From Felis catus (taxonomy: Eukaryota): a stretch of 64,000 nt of DNA. The stretch is from positions 8,062,001 through 8,126,000 of the forward strand of contig NC_058369.1 in assembly GCF_018350175.1 (NCBI RefSeq), written 5' to 3'. Shown in pieces: positions 9,303-22,509 of this stretch. Positions within the stretch are counted from its first letter, which is position 1; each line of letters opens with the position of its first letter. The position numbers were made by a program, and so were the translations under genes. The notes beneath the pieces were generated by a model, which worked only from the letters and a program-made list of their open reading frames with translations, did no database searches and was not told where the DNA came from.

Positions 9303-12300
9303 TGCGTGCCCGCGACGGGGACGGGGACAGGGAGGCGGGCTCTGCGGGACGCCCTGGGCTGAGGGCTTCCTGCAGGGGCTGCGGAGCCGGCTCAGACCCT
9401 TGGGGGCGTTTCGCCGACGGAGTGGGGGGCGTGGGCCAGGAAATGCGGTGGACCGTCGCCGACTCTCAGATCCCCAGCTTTCGTGGCTGAATTCTACCAT
9501 CTGGTTGCCTGTGGGTCAGGGTTAGGTCCCCCTTCTCTCTCTGTCCGAAACCTGCCAGCTAGGTACCTATTGGTTCGACCCCTGCGGTCTGGCTGGCTGT
9601 TCATTTATCTGGAGCAGTCCATGCCGTCTGGTTGGCTGTCTCTGTCCTCGATAGAACTCCTTGCCACTACCATTTGGCTGTCCATCTGTCCAGTCCCTCA
9701 GGGCAGCCCCCTGCTGCCTGGCTAGCTGTCTAGGGTGACCTGTGCTGTCTGGCCGCCTGTCCGTGCCGCTCGCAGACTTAGCCATCCCTCTGTTGGGTTA
9801 CCCTGGCTGGCCTCTGCCGTCTGACTGGCCGTACCCTAGGGGACTCTGTTGTCTGGTTCTCCCAGGCTAACTCTAAAGCTTGGTCCCTGGCAAACGCTGG
9901 CTTCTCTCCCAAACGGATCCCTTTGTCTGTCTGTCCGGGTGTCCGTCCTTATGTTAGTCTGCCCATCAGTGCCCTGGCAGTTCCCCACTGTCTGGCCCCA
10001 TCTCTGTAGTCCTGGGTGGGGTGGGCTGGGCTGGGAGCATGCTGGGGAACAAGGGAGCTGAAGGATGAAACTTGAACTCCCCTATCGGTTGGAAGTAGGA
10101 CCCTGGGAGGGGGTACTTTCTGCAGGATTCTTTCCTGGCCCTTGTCAGGGCGCTCTTGGGGTCAGCTCCCAAGCAAAAGTCTGCAAATTGGGGGCCCTCT
10201 TTGGAGCCTGATCAGGCCTTTGGGCAGCCCTGAGAAGCCTCGGTTTGCTCATCTATCCAGTGGGCAAACTCCACTCTTCGCCCGGATCCAGGAAGCTGCT
10301 GATGAATGAGAACTGGCAGTGAGCCCTCCAGGGGTGTTTGGTTCTTTCTTCTCCCTTCCCCCGCCTCTTGCCCTTCTGCCTCCCAGATGGGCTGTCACTT
10401 CTCCATTCTGGGAACGGCTCCATTTGTGCCTGTGGCTGCCAAATGATAACATCCCAGTCATCATCATTGTTGTTGTTGTTATCTGCAGTAAGGGTTAATG
10501 TTCATCTAGAAGGCTCCAGGCTGAGTTCAGTTTGTCAGCCTCTCGGATCCCACAGGGAGTGAGAGGGGTGGAGGTTCCGTTACCCCACCTTAGACGCGAG
10601 CAGGAAGGCTCAGAAAAGCCTCATCCTTGGCCCAAGGGCACCAGGCTAGTGCTCAGTGGTGCCCAGCCCCACCCTGCCTTCCCAGAGGCCTGGAGTTTTG
10701 CTCTCAGCGGCATGAATTTCCTCCTTTGCTGCTTTGTCTCTGGCACCTTGCCTGTTGTCCACTGTGGCGGAAAGGTGTGGACCTGGGGTCAGCCGGGCCG
10801 GGGCTGGGCCTTGGGCTGGGCTGTGGGCCCCTTTGCATGGTTATTTTCCTGCCTGCCCGCCCAGGCTTTAACTGGACACACAGCAAAGTTCTGTCTGTTT
10901 CATTTGCCTGGTGACCTCCTCGCGCAGGTTGTCTGGCCTCTCTGAGCCTCAGTTCCCCCCCCGCCCGCCTAAAAACAGGGTGATGGTCCCTCAACTTGCC
11001 ATTCTGCAGTGACCTGATTTGTTGAAAGTGCTTACTTAGCACGGTGCCTGGCACACGGTAGGTCGGCACGGCCAGGCTGTTATTCACCATGCTGGTCCCT
11101 CCCATATCAGCAGCAAACACTAATCAGAATTAAAGTGCTTTCAAGTTATGCACTGGACTGCATTTAAGCCTTCTGAGGCTGACACTGCTATGGTCCCATT
11201 TTACAGAGCAGACAACTGAGGCTCAGCTGAGCCCTCTTGCTCAGAGCTGTTCAGTGAGGAATTGGGGGCTCTGTGTTGGGGACCTTGGGTCTCTCTTCCC
11301 TGCCCGCCTCTCCTCAGTGTCTCTGCCCCTGGCCTTTCTTATCCACCCACCCAGCCATCTAGTACCGAGCTGGCTCCTGTGGCAACCTTCTCCCAGAAGC
11401 CTGCAATGTGACCTTGATCGTTAAGAGCATTAGTTCAGGGCCTGAGAGCCAAAGTTTTAAAAAAGCTTCTCGGTTATGGGTTGCTCAAACGGAGCTAACT
11501 TCTTTTTCTTTCCGGAGTGTGGGTAAGGTTTCTTAGCTACCAAGCCTTGCCACAGGGGGACAGCGGGCTGGCCCTCGCTTTGAATCCCACTCCTCCTTCT
11601 TGTGAGTTTGGCCAAACTGTTGCAGCTGAGGACCTGTTTCCTTCTTTGCATTGTAGAACTTTACAGATGACATCTTGGCTAGTTTCAAAGAACAAATGAG
11701 AGAGTAGTTCCCAGGGGGTCAGCACGGGCTGCTCTGTTTCATTGCCTCCTCCTTGTTGGTTTTCTAAGACTGTGGTCCAAGCGAGATAGCTCAGCCTGTA
11801 CCGGGTTGCAGATCAGTGGCCCTGGGGGCTGAAGCCTGCTTGCTGGTCTTTTGTTTCACCTGCATGGTGTTTAAAATACTTTGTTCTTAATTAGCTACCA
11901 ACATTTAAATTTTGCATCAAAATTCAGGTTTTTGCAATGCTTAGCAAACACCCAAAGAGCCTCAGAGTCTAATGGTGTAATAACACGGGCCCTGGGCCTT
12001 AGGCCAGGCTTCATCGTGTTTGCCTGTGTGACTTTGGCCAAGTGGACTCAGGTTCCTTTTCCGGAAAATGGGGTGATGACTACCAGGCACTCCCTGGGCC
12101 GACTGTGTGAGTTAACATGTGTTGAGTGCATTGACCCTTTACCCACGACAGCTGTCATTTTAGTCGTCATATTCTGGCCTTCCTGGGCCTGGGACTTGCT
12201 TGGCACCAAGTGCCTGGATCTGAGAAGCAGCAGCCACCGGCTGCCATGTCAGATCAGGAGTGGCCACGTGTGCTGCCCCACTCCCCACTACTCCCTAGTA

Positions 12301-12779
12301 CTCGCCCAGGTTCGTTTTACATTTGCCTGGAGACTCCTGGCCCTAGAAACTTTTGAGTTTCAGACCCTTGGCTTGTCTGCCCTGTAACAGCATGTGGCCC
12401 TAAGGAGGGGGGAGGATGAGCCTCTCTGGTGACCCTGGTCGTTGAGCCTCCGCAGCTAAATGGGGGGAGGAACTTGAGAAATTTTTCCTTGGGAGAAGAA
12501 CAGGAGGAGGCTGAGGTTGAGGCCTCCAGCTGAGAATCCCCCAGGCCTGGGCTTGTTCCTGTGAGCCTTTCCTCTTTGCGCCTCAGTATCCCCAGCTGGG
12601 AGTTGGGGCTGTTAACAGCGTCCACTTATAAGCCCCTTGCCTTATAAGTTGGGTGTGTTTCATCTCGTAGGGCAGGTGAAGTCACCTGGTGCCTGTCCTT
12701 GAGGGTGGAGTGAACACTACATGGCTTGGAAGGGTGTCTACCACGGGAAAAGTGCTTAAAGCTCTGTGCAGGTTTCATT

Positions 12780-13240
12780 TGTTCTTGAAAAATGTTTTCT
12801 AAACACTCTGTGTCCTTGCCGGGGGCCCTGTTCTGTGGCTACGGACACAGCCCTGAGCAAGATACCAAAACCCCCACCCCGGGGGAGCTGGCCTTCCAGC
12901 AGGGGGCCGATAAGGAAGAAACAGGCCTGAAGTTGAAAGCTGTTAAGGAAAAGAAAAGCAGGCTCAGGGAGAGGGCAGGGGGAGGTGAGGGTTTTAAATG
13001 GGGGTGGCAGGGAAGGAAGGCCTCCTTAGGAAAGTGACATCTGAGGAGAGACTTAAGGAGGTGGGGGGGAGCCACCAGTGGAGATTTGCTGGGGGAGCTT
13101 CCCAGGCTGTGGGAACAGCCAGTGCAAAGACCCTGAGGTGAAGGTGTGCCTGGAGGCCAGTATAGCAAGAGAGTTGGGGGAGATAAGGTTAGCAGGGACT
13201 GGGGTCCAGTGGGGGCCAGGGAGGGCTCTGAGCAGAGGGA
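12780..13240. mobile_element. L2 relic
   Basis: L2 3'-region phrases (cagggaaggaaggcctccttaggaaagtgacatctgag...gggaacagccagtgcaaagaccctgagg). Similar relics at about 24450-25070, 33960-34270, 35150-35700, 50880-51320 and 56100-56480. Confidence 0.65.
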
Positions 13241-13984
13241 CGGCTGTGGTGGTTCCATTCCGGACCTGGTCCTGGGCAAGCTGAGGGCCCTCGCCTTTGG
13301 TTTTCAGCTTTACCCGGATTATCTCAGTGAGCGGGACCCAGCCGCCAACTCACAAATGACCTAGTGCCATTTTTCTTTTAGCGACAATCAGCTGCCCCGT
13401 GGGTCTCTACCGTCTCTGGCTGCATTTCCATTTGATCTTTGGTGATGGGTCCCTCCAGGAGACATGGCTACACCACGGGACTGCTGTCTGGCACACGGTG
13501 GGGGCCGGACGAATGCTTGTCAGGTGACTGTTGGCACCTTAGGTCCCTGCCAGGCTGAGGGGTATAGGCACGTGGTCCGCCGCTTGGGCTGGTTTGTCCC
13601 TTCGGGGATCTTGCAAGTGAAAGCTGTTTTCCGTCGTTTCTCTTTCGGTGCGAACCTAAAGTTGCTTTGCCTGGGTGCTCTGTAGTACCTGGGTCAGCCT
13701 GAATGGGGGAGAGTCCTGGAGGTGCCCGGGGGAATGTGGCTGTCCCTGCGCGGCCACACATTGGCTGAATGACCTCACTTGTCCGGGCCTCAGTTCCCTC
13801 GTCTGGAAAATGGGGATCACGATGTTCCCTCTCTCCTGGGAGCGGGCTGAGGAGCAAATGAGCTAACCCTTGTGAAACAGGAGATCCCTGTGACTTGTAA
13901 AAGCCCCGGGTGTGAGGACTCTTTTTCCGTAAAGAAACGGAATTCATAATTACCTTGTTAATATAAAACCCACCTCATTTTATA

Positions 13985-14182
13985 AAATTTTTTAAAAGTT
14001 TATTTATTTATTTTTGAGAGAGAGAGAGAGAGAGGGGAAGGCACGGGGAGAGAGAATCCCAAGCAGGCTCCGCACTGTCTGGATGGAGCCCGATGTGGGG
14101 CTCAAACTCACAAACCATGAAATCATGACCCGAGCTGAAACAGAGTCGGACGCTTAACCAACTGAGCCACCCAGGCATCCCC
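13985..14182 (-). mobile_element. Can-SINE
   Basis: Typical tail, (GA)n and head; flanking repeat cacctcatttt. Confidence 0.88.
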
Positions 14183-14193
14183 AAAGCACCTCA

Positions 14194-14224
<31 letters not shown>

Positions 14225-17200
14225 TACTTTTTATTTTTCCAAAGCAGCTTATTTTAGTCCAAACACGGAGTGAGTGCCTCTCCGTGCAGGCGGGCATCAT
14301 TCTGGCTTTAGCTCTGAGCATGTAACCGGAACTAGCCAGTGAGCCAGATCCTGAAATGCTGGCGGGAGCCTGTTACTGCTGTGTTTCTAGGTGGAAATGG
14401 TGGCTGCGGACAAATATTTGGCTGTGAGAGTTACTGATGCTCATTTAGTGGATGGTGGTGGGAGATGGGGAGCAGAAATGCCCAACAGTAGCGGATTAGT
14501 TAGACAAACAGTGCGTCGGACAGCCAGCTTGGAAACAGCTACTCAGAATGATCTAGAAGAGGATTTAATGACCCAGAAGGCTGTGTAAGACCTGTTAGTT
14601 TCCAGACCCAGGGGAAGTGTGATCTCCTCTTGTTCTAAGCGGTTGTAGTCTCGGAGTATAACGCCAGGGAAGAGATACGCCTCCCGAATTCCACATGTGG
14701 GTTGTCTGCCCGTGTCGTTCTTGGTTGGGTTTTGCTTGCTGGGATTATGTTTCCAGCCCAGGAGACCGATTTCTCCAAAGCTCAGATCTGGGCCGCCGAG
14801 TATCTTTGCAGAGTTATTTGTCCAGGGATAATGGCCCTCGCTAGGTACACAGATTGAAATCCCCCGGTCGTAGGCCGGTCGTTTCCGGGTGAGGGGCAGG
14901 GGACAACCTTGTGGACGGCTCTGGATTTCAGAGTGTTCAGAGGCACCGGTCGCGGGAGGGGCTGTTTGGAATGGAGCCATGTGTCTCTCCAGGTGTTTGC
15001 ATTTGGATCAGGGCCACGTCTGCCAAGCTTCTGCCCAGATTTGAATGAAAACGCCGAAATTACAGGGCCCTGGATTGCAGAAAAAAATCGGAACATCGGC
15101 TAACCCTTAATTTACTGGGGTTGCTAACCACATGCTGTAATTAAGCCCTTATTGTGTGAAAGCTCTGGGAAAATGCAAGCCAATAATGAGATATTTATAG
15201 GGCATTCGCTACGATCTGAATAAAAGGAAAAAATTGCCTTGCCTCTGAAGCAAGAAGGCGCTGGAGAGAAAAGACTCCTGCTTCTGGGTGCGTTCTGGGT
15301 TCCCGTTAGTGTCGGCAGGGAGGCCTCTGCTGGGTGCCGGGGGCTTTCCCTCTCGCAGTCACCCTCAGCTGGAACAGGGGGCCGGGTGGCTCATTTGGTT
15401 TCACCTGCGGCTGGATGTTTATGACACAGTAAGAGGTGATGTTTGTGGAGAATCACTCTGTGCCATACCCTGGGGACACTGGACCATGCAGTCCCAGCAG
15501 CCCTGGGGTGCTGCTCTTAGCATCCTTGATTTATAGGTGAAGAAACTGAGGCCGGAGAGGGGAACTGACTCGAAGTCACACAGGGAGGAGCTCGGGAGCC
15601 GGGCCTCTAGCTGGGACTGTGTCCCCCAGAGCCAGATGCTCAGGGACGTCAGGGATGGCAAGGCGTGGAGTGAATAGTGGATGCTGTGGCACTTGTGTCT
15701 GTGGATGGGGCCGAGGTGACGGAGCGAGCAGCTTCTGGCTTTCGGCACCCTTCGAGGTTGTTAGCTGTGTGCCCGGCTGGCACGCCTTCAGTGGCACCTG
15801 CCGGGCCAGGTGGTCGGAACCCGGCCGGCACCAAGAAGGGCAGAGATCGGGTGAAAGGTTAAATGAACAGCTTCCTGAAGGCGGAGTGCAGCGGAAATGG
15901 TAGGGGGAGGGAGAGAGTGGCGGGGTGGAGGCTGCTTCAGACAGGTGGTCAGCGGGTGCCCCGAGATGGAGCCAGCCCCTCCAAGACCCCAGGGAACGGT
16001 GTCCCAGGCAGAGGGAAGGGCACGAACAGAGGGCTTCACGTACCGGCCTGCCGTGTACCTGCTGTCCTCTTGGAAAAGGGACTGAGGTGGAGGTGAGACC
16101 CAGGAGGCCTGTGAGGGTCGGGAAAGTGCCCACGGGAGGCCTACTCTCCCTGCATTTGAATTATGCAAGTAGAACACCAAAGACCCTGTTCTTGTGCAGA
16201 GGGAAACTGACCGATGGGGAAGAACGCCCCGCCAGCCCTGTCCCACCCTCCTGGCTCCACGTGGGAACGCCATGGTCAGGTTGGGGTGGATCCTGCCAGA
16301 CCCCTCTTGCGTATTTGTGTCCAGGTGTCCTTGCCGGGATGAATATATGGCACTGCCAGCAGTTGGTTCTTTTTCAGCATGTCTGCTTTCTAGAACTGGG
16401 GCCACCCCACTTACGTGGCTTGGCAACTTGCTTTCCAACCACTTAACACATCCCAGAGGTCTTGCTGTGTTGGAGTTTCCTGCCCCCCTCCCCCCCCCCC
16501 CCGCCCCCAGAGGGGTAAGGAATGGAGGAAAGGGACCAGCGGCAGTTGCTGTGACTGTCCTGATGAGAAATGACAGCATCCTCTGTGTGCCATGATCGAC
16601 GCTGGGTCCTCAGAGCAAGGCACCTTACCCGCTTTGAGGCCCGTACTTGATCGCTGCTTACTGGTGAGGAAACTGAGTCAGAGAGGCTGGCCCAAGGATG
16701 CTGGGGCTGCAGGGGGCCAAACCTAACCCAGAGCCTCAAACTTTCTCAGGAGGCCTCCCCCACTGGGCCTGTTGGCCCGTACCTAGAGTAGCACCCTTGA
16801 CCCTTGGCCCAGCTTCATCAAGTTGGTTTTCACTCCTCCTGCGATGTCTGTACCTCAGAGTGACCTCAGAGATTTCTGGAACCAGGCCAGGTGTGGAGGA
16901 ATAATCCAGACCTTCCTTGGGTCCTTGCGGGGCCGGGTGCACCCCTCAGTTGCTTGATGGGCCTCCTTCAGTGGCAGTCGGGGTGGCTCTGGTCTTTTTG
17001 TCCCACATCAAATGGACCTCCCGTGTGTGTCTTTGATGCACTCACTTGTGAGCGCGACACTGAGCGCTGTCTGGGGGTCATTTCGGGTCGGTTCCATTTT
17101 ACAGATGGGGCGGCTGAGGGGCAGGGATGGGGCAGGCAGGTGGAGGCCTCCAAGTCCCCGTGCCTGCCCACTGTTCCTTCACCCAGCATCTGTCTCCAGC

Positions 17201-17554
17201 GGAGAATGGGGCCACCAGAGCAAGCAGCAGGGGCTGGGTTTGGATGGGGGTGCTGCCACGAGTGGGCCCCAAGAGGTTCTTGTCCTCTCTTCTGCTTCTC
17301 CGCACAGTGAGAGTGGGAGGAGGCACGTGGAAGACAGAGGTTCTGATGGGGAGCTTTGGGCCGGAGTGGTGGTCAGGGAGTGCTTCCTGGACGAGGCAGT
17401 AGGTCTTTCTGTCGAGGTGAGGAGGGTGGGCAGGAGCTGGCGTGGAGCAGACCGGCGACTGCTCCATTTGTACCTTTGTGCCCCTCCTGCCTGGCTGTGG
17501 GTCCCGGCTCAGGCCCTGTTATTCGTAGGCCCTTTCCTTTCCCTTTCCTGTTCT

Positions 17555-17670
17555 AATTTTAATTTCCAGTGGGTTAGCATACAGCGTTATGCTGGTTTCA
17601 GGCGTAGAATATAGTGATCCGGCCCGTCCGTACGTGAGCCGGTGCCCATCCCAAGTGCCCCCCGTGATCC
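17555..17670 (-). mobile_element. Carnivore L1 3'-end fragment, GC-shifted
   Basis: ttagcatacagcgttatgctggtttcaggcgtagaatatagtgat resembles the L1 3' end seen at 28613-28810. Confidence 0.6.
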
Positions 17671-18386
17671 TCCCTTCTTCACGGCTGCGTAGTGCTCATG
17701 GTACACAGACCAGCTTCTCGGTGGCCGGTGTCGAGCCTCCTCCTAGTCGCCTAGTCCCGGGATTTGCCCACGGAAACGGCACGCCTGTGGAGAAGGCGGG
17801 AGGGGAGGACACGGGACGGTGGCAGCTCCGCGTGTGCAGTCCTCACCTTCCCGGCCGCAGCGGCTGCTTCGCTGGGGTTGGCATGGGGCTGGTCGGGGGG
17901 GGGGTCCTCCCCGATGCCCCCACGTCAGCACGTCCTGAACCGGAGCGGTCGTCTCCATCCTGCCTTCTCGGCTCCTGCCCCCGCCCCCCCACCCCCACTG
18001 GGTGCCTGTGAACCCGAGTTAGGGCATGACCCTCCTCTGCACGCGACCCTCCCTGGCTCCCACCTCACTTGGGGTAAAAGCCTGACTTCTCTCGCGGCCC
18101 CTGTCACCGCCCGCCCTCACCTCCTGCTATTCTGTCCTCCTTCATCCCTCTGGCCACGCGGCCTGCTCCCCAGACCCCCCGGGCTCACTCTCCCCTGTGG
18201 CCTTTCTCTGCCTTCAGTCACATCTCCTCTGTGTCCAGAGTTCTGCGTGACCTGTGCTGCCCCTGTCTTCTTGGGTCCCTGCTGAAACCTCACCTCTGTG
18301 CCAGGCGGTCCCTTACCTACCCCGGCTCACACGGGGCCTGGCACTCTCTCAGACCCCTGCCCTGATGTGTTTTCTTCAGAGCTCTT

Positions 18387-18746
18387 TTTCTTTTTAATGT
18401 TTATTTATTTGAGAGAAAGACAGAGAATCCCAAGCAGGCTCCGTACTTTCAGTGCAGACGGGGCTCCAACTGACGGACCATGAGATCGTGACCTGAGCTG
18501 AAATCAAAAGCTGGTCGCAGGGGCGCCTGGGTGGCTCAGTCGGTTGTGTCCGACTCTTGATTTCAGCTCAGGCCGTGATCTCATGGTTGGTGAGTTCAAG
18601 CCCTGCATCAGGCTCAGTGTTGACGGTGCGGAAACAGCTTGGGATTCTCTCTCTCCCCCTCTCTCTCTGCCCCTTCCCCCCCACCCCGCCCACCCAAATA
18701 CAAAAAAAAGTCAGATGCTTAACTGATGGGGCCACCCAGGCGCCCC
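18387..18746 (-). mobile_element. Can-SINE containing an oppositely oriented SINE (about 18520-18709, +)
   Basis: Outer TSD tcttcagagctctt at 18373-18386 and 18747-18760; inner head ggggcgcctgggtggctcagtcgg at about 18520. Confidence 0.88.
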
Positions 18747-20584
18747 TCTTCAGAGCTCTTATTAGCACCTGAACTTATTTTCATTATTAGTTTACTCTCT
18801 GTCCCACCAGAATGGGAGGTTCTCATGGGCAGGGGTTTGTGCCTGTGTGTTCATTGCTGTCCTGCTATGTAGTAGGATCATGCATATTTGTTGAATGGAT
18901 ATATCTAGAAACCAGAATTGGATTCGTTTTACTGCACAGACGACGTTCATTGAGAAGGGGCCCGGAGGACGCACCAGGACTCATCGCTGGGGCGCACAGC
19001 GGTGAGGTGGGGCGTGGGGTGCTCTAGGGAGAACAGAAGCAGGCACCTTGTCTCTACAGGAAGGGCTGTGATTTGTCTGTTGACACCGAGTAATGACAGT
19101 ACTGTGCTAAGACCCTGAGGCCAGCCAAGCGTGGATGTCTCTCTGCTCTGGCTTCTCCAGCTGGAAGGGGGCCCCACCCTGGGCTGGGGCAACTGAGGCC
19201 CCTCCGGGCCGCCGGTGTGCTACCCATTTAATTCTTGCCGTGTGCCTGGGTGCTGGTTGAACACATTCGCTGCGGGGCCCCGAGGTCTGAAGGCAGGTTG
19301 TCCGAGTGCCCACTTGACCAGAGCAGAACCACGGAAAGGAGGCCACGAGGGGGTCGTCCTCCCACAGGGAGCCAGGGGGAGATGTCATAAAAATACCAGC
19401 GCGCGGGGCCGGACCCCTCCCTGGGCCAGCTTAAAACTCGGGGGGATTCTGGTCATGAGCTGCAGCACGGAAAACCGATGCTCTGTAGTGGGAGACTTCC
19501 TTTGGCTAAAGTTGAACCTGTTCAGACCACAGACCCGTGGGGTGTGGACAAGCGGCCAGCAGGCTCCCCAGGCCCCTGGTGACACCCCCACACCCAGATG
19601 TAGGAGGAGGCGTCCTGGAGACTCCGCTCCATGATACACATTTTCCCAGCGATAAGAGTCTTCGGGACTGGCAGGCTGGCTGGCGAGCAAAGCAAGCAGG
19701 AACTGTCCCAGCTGGGGTGACACCCGCCCGCTGGGTGATACACCCTGGCACGGCCAGGCCAGCCCTGGAGGAAGCCCCCGTGGTGGGTGTGGGACACAGC
19801 CCTGTCTGTCCCAGGCCACGGGGCCTCTGTGTTCTGTGCTGATGGACAGGGTCCTCTGGAGGGTCACAGCCTCCTTGTCTAGGAGGCCCCCAGCTGGCCC
19901 TGTGGCCAGGGAGCCAGTGGTTTTAAGGAGGATGCCTTCAAACGTGGTTCTGTTACCTGGGGAGGGGGGCGGGCGGCGATGGAGTGCTAGGGATCTAGCA
20001 GTCAGGAGATCGGGGGGCTGTGACCAGAGACCGTGAGCCGTCCTCTCAGCTTGAGGAGGGACGCTTCCTGTGGTTTGGGTTGGCATGTCTTGTCTTGCAA
20101 TACTAAGTTCCCCTCACGTGGGTAGAAGCTGTTTAGACGGAAGTCCGGCTTCTATGGCGTCTGCCCCGCTGACATCTCTTGCTGGCAGGGCCTGGCACAG
20201 GTCCCTGGGGAGCCCAGGGCAGGTGGCCGTCGGAGGTGGGGAGGCTCTGTCGGCACTGGGCCGACAACGACACATCAGCTTGATTTTTCTTTTCTTTTTA
20301 AATTTAAGGTTTGTTCATTGTAAAATAAAACGCGTTCCTTTCGGACGTGCGCAGAGAAAGGCAGAGGTTCCTGTTACCCTTTGTAGGGAACCGTGTCCAT
20401 CAGTGTGTGGCTCTTGCCAGATCCTTTTTCTGCATTTCTGTGCGTAAATGTTCCCCATTCTCCCCGACACCATTATGAGCTCATGTGTGACGGTCCAGAG
20501 TCTTGCCATAATGTGTCCACCTCATGCCAAGTCCCTGCTCTTCAGTGTCTTGAAGAGTTTTTGCCTTTGTTTTATTTGTAATAC

Positions 20585-20798
20585 ATTTTTTTTAACGTTT
20601 ATTTATTTTTGAGACAGAGAGAGAGACAGAGCATGAACAGGGGAGGGGCAGAGAGAGAGGGAGACACAGAATCGGAAACAGGCTCCAGGCTCTGAGCTGT
20701 CAGCACAGAACCCGACGCGGGGCTCGAACTCACAGACTGTGAGATCATGACCTGAGCTGAAGTCGGACGCTCAACCGACCGAGCCACCCAGGCGCCCC
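20585..20798 (-). mobile_element. Can-SINE (SINEC_Fc type)
   Basis: Near-consensus body; flanking repeat atacattttttt. Confidence 0.9.
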
Positions 20799-20809
20799 AT
20801 ACATTTTTT

Positions 20810-21400
20810 TTTATTTGGGAACAGTTTTTGATTTACAGAAAATAAACAAGTTTTTGAGTTTTACGGCAAAGTTGCAAAGACAGCACAGAGGGCTCCCGTA
20901 TCCCATCCTTCCCTGTGCTTACGTCTTACCATTGTACGTTTCTTACCACTGAGACATTAACTGTGGTAGATTGTTACCACTAAGGAAAGGCAGACTTTCT
21001 GCAGATTTCCCCAGTTTCCCCCCTTATGTCCTTCTCCTGTCCCCGGACCCCACCCGGGGTGCCACTTTGCATTGGAGTCGCCGCTCCTCCTCCATCTTGC
21101 TGGTCCGTGACACAGCACCACTGACTTTTCCCTTGGTTTTCATGCCTTTGGCATTTAATAGAATGGCCTTCAATTTGGGTTTGTCTGGTATTTCCATGAT
21201 TAGGCTGGCACTCTGGGTGTGGGGAGAAGAATACCACAGAAGCCAGAAACCCTTCTCTCCACATCCTATTTGGGCTCCATGTTATCAACACGTCTTATCA
21301 CGGTGATGTTGACCTTGATCTCTGGGTTAAGGTGGTGTCGATCAGCTCTCCCTGCGGTAGTTAACTCTTTCTCTCCTTTTCATATACTATGCTTTGGAAG
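20810..21400 (-). mobile_element. Old L1 (L1MC-like) 3' fragment
   Basis: Antisense L1 3' UTR phrases (gatttacagaaaa...aagttgcaaagacagcacagag...cagatttccccagtttcccc). Confidence 0.55.
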
Positions 21401-21410
21401 CACTAAAGTT

Positions 21411-21708
21411 TCTTTTTATTTATTTATTTATTTATTTTTAATTTTTTTTTTCCAACGTTTTTTATTTATTTTTGGGACAGAGAGAGACAGAGCATGAACG
21501 GGGGAGGGGCAGAGAGAGAGGGAGACACAGAATCGAAGACAGGCTCCAGGCTCCGAGCCATCAGCCCAGAGCCTGACGCGGGGCTCGAACTCCCGGACCA
21601 CGAGATCGTGACCTGGCTGAAGTCGGACGCTTAACCGACTGCGCCACCCAGGCGCCCCAATTTTATTTAATTTTTTAATAATTTTTGAGTTTTTCTTTCT
21701 TTCTTTTT

Positions 21709-21749
<41 letters not shown>

Positions 21750-22187
21750 GCGCGCCTGAGCAAGTGGGGGGAAGGGTCAGCGGGCGAGGAGGACAGAGGA
21801 TCCAAAGCAGGCTCTGCACTGCCAGCAGTGAGATCGATGCAGGGCTCGAACTCACCAACTGTGAGAGCATGACCTGAGCTGAAACCAAGAGTCAGGCGCT
21901 CAGCCGACCGAGCCACCTAGGCGCCCCAAAGGTCCTTTTTAATATAATTGTTTGAATTGGTTAATACGTTCGGGACGCCTGGGTGGCTCTGTCCGACTTC
22001 GGCTCAGGTGATGATCTCACGGTGGTCTGTGAGTTCGAGCCCGGCGTCAGTCTCTGTGCTGTCAGTTCAGAGCCTGGAGTCTGCTTCAGATTCTCTGTTT
22101 CCCTCTCTCTCTCTGCCCCTCCCCCTCCCCTGCCCCCGCTCACTCTCTGTCTCTCTCTATCAAAAAATGAATAAACGTTAAAAAAAA
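21411..22187. mobile_element. SINE cluster: two minus copies (to 21658 and 21926) and one plus copy (about 21972-22187)
   Basis: Three SINE heads visible; the last two are head-to-head about 45 nt apart. Confidence 0.9.
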
Positions 22188-22509
22188 ATTTTAAATCGGT
22201 AATAAGCTCAATATGGCACCAAGTTCAAAAATACCAGAAAGGATGGAGAGAGAGAGAGAGGCCTTGCTACCTGCCTGCCCCTACAGCCGGCACCCTCACG
22301 GCTGACCACCCTTCCTGGTTGCTCTGTGCCCTCCCAGGCCCGGTACAAACAGAAGCAGACACGCGTGTGTTTATTCTCTCCTCCCCCATACACACTTTTA
22401 CAGGCTGTTGGGAGCAGGGAGATTCTTACTTGACAGCATTTCTTGGAGATCTTAATGTATCCTCAGCACATAGAGAGCTTGCCCATTTGGCTTGTTTTCC
22501 ACCCTCGAG

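Noticed and set aside
11790..11950. Possible DNA-transposon (MER) relic, with another at about 1220-1350
   Set aside because: Only a vague resemblance; I could not identify terminal inverted repeats or a family with confidence.
15788..16579. 263-aa minus-strand ORF
   Set aside because: GC-rich intron, no recognisable domain, and overlapping ORFs in several frames, as expected by chance.
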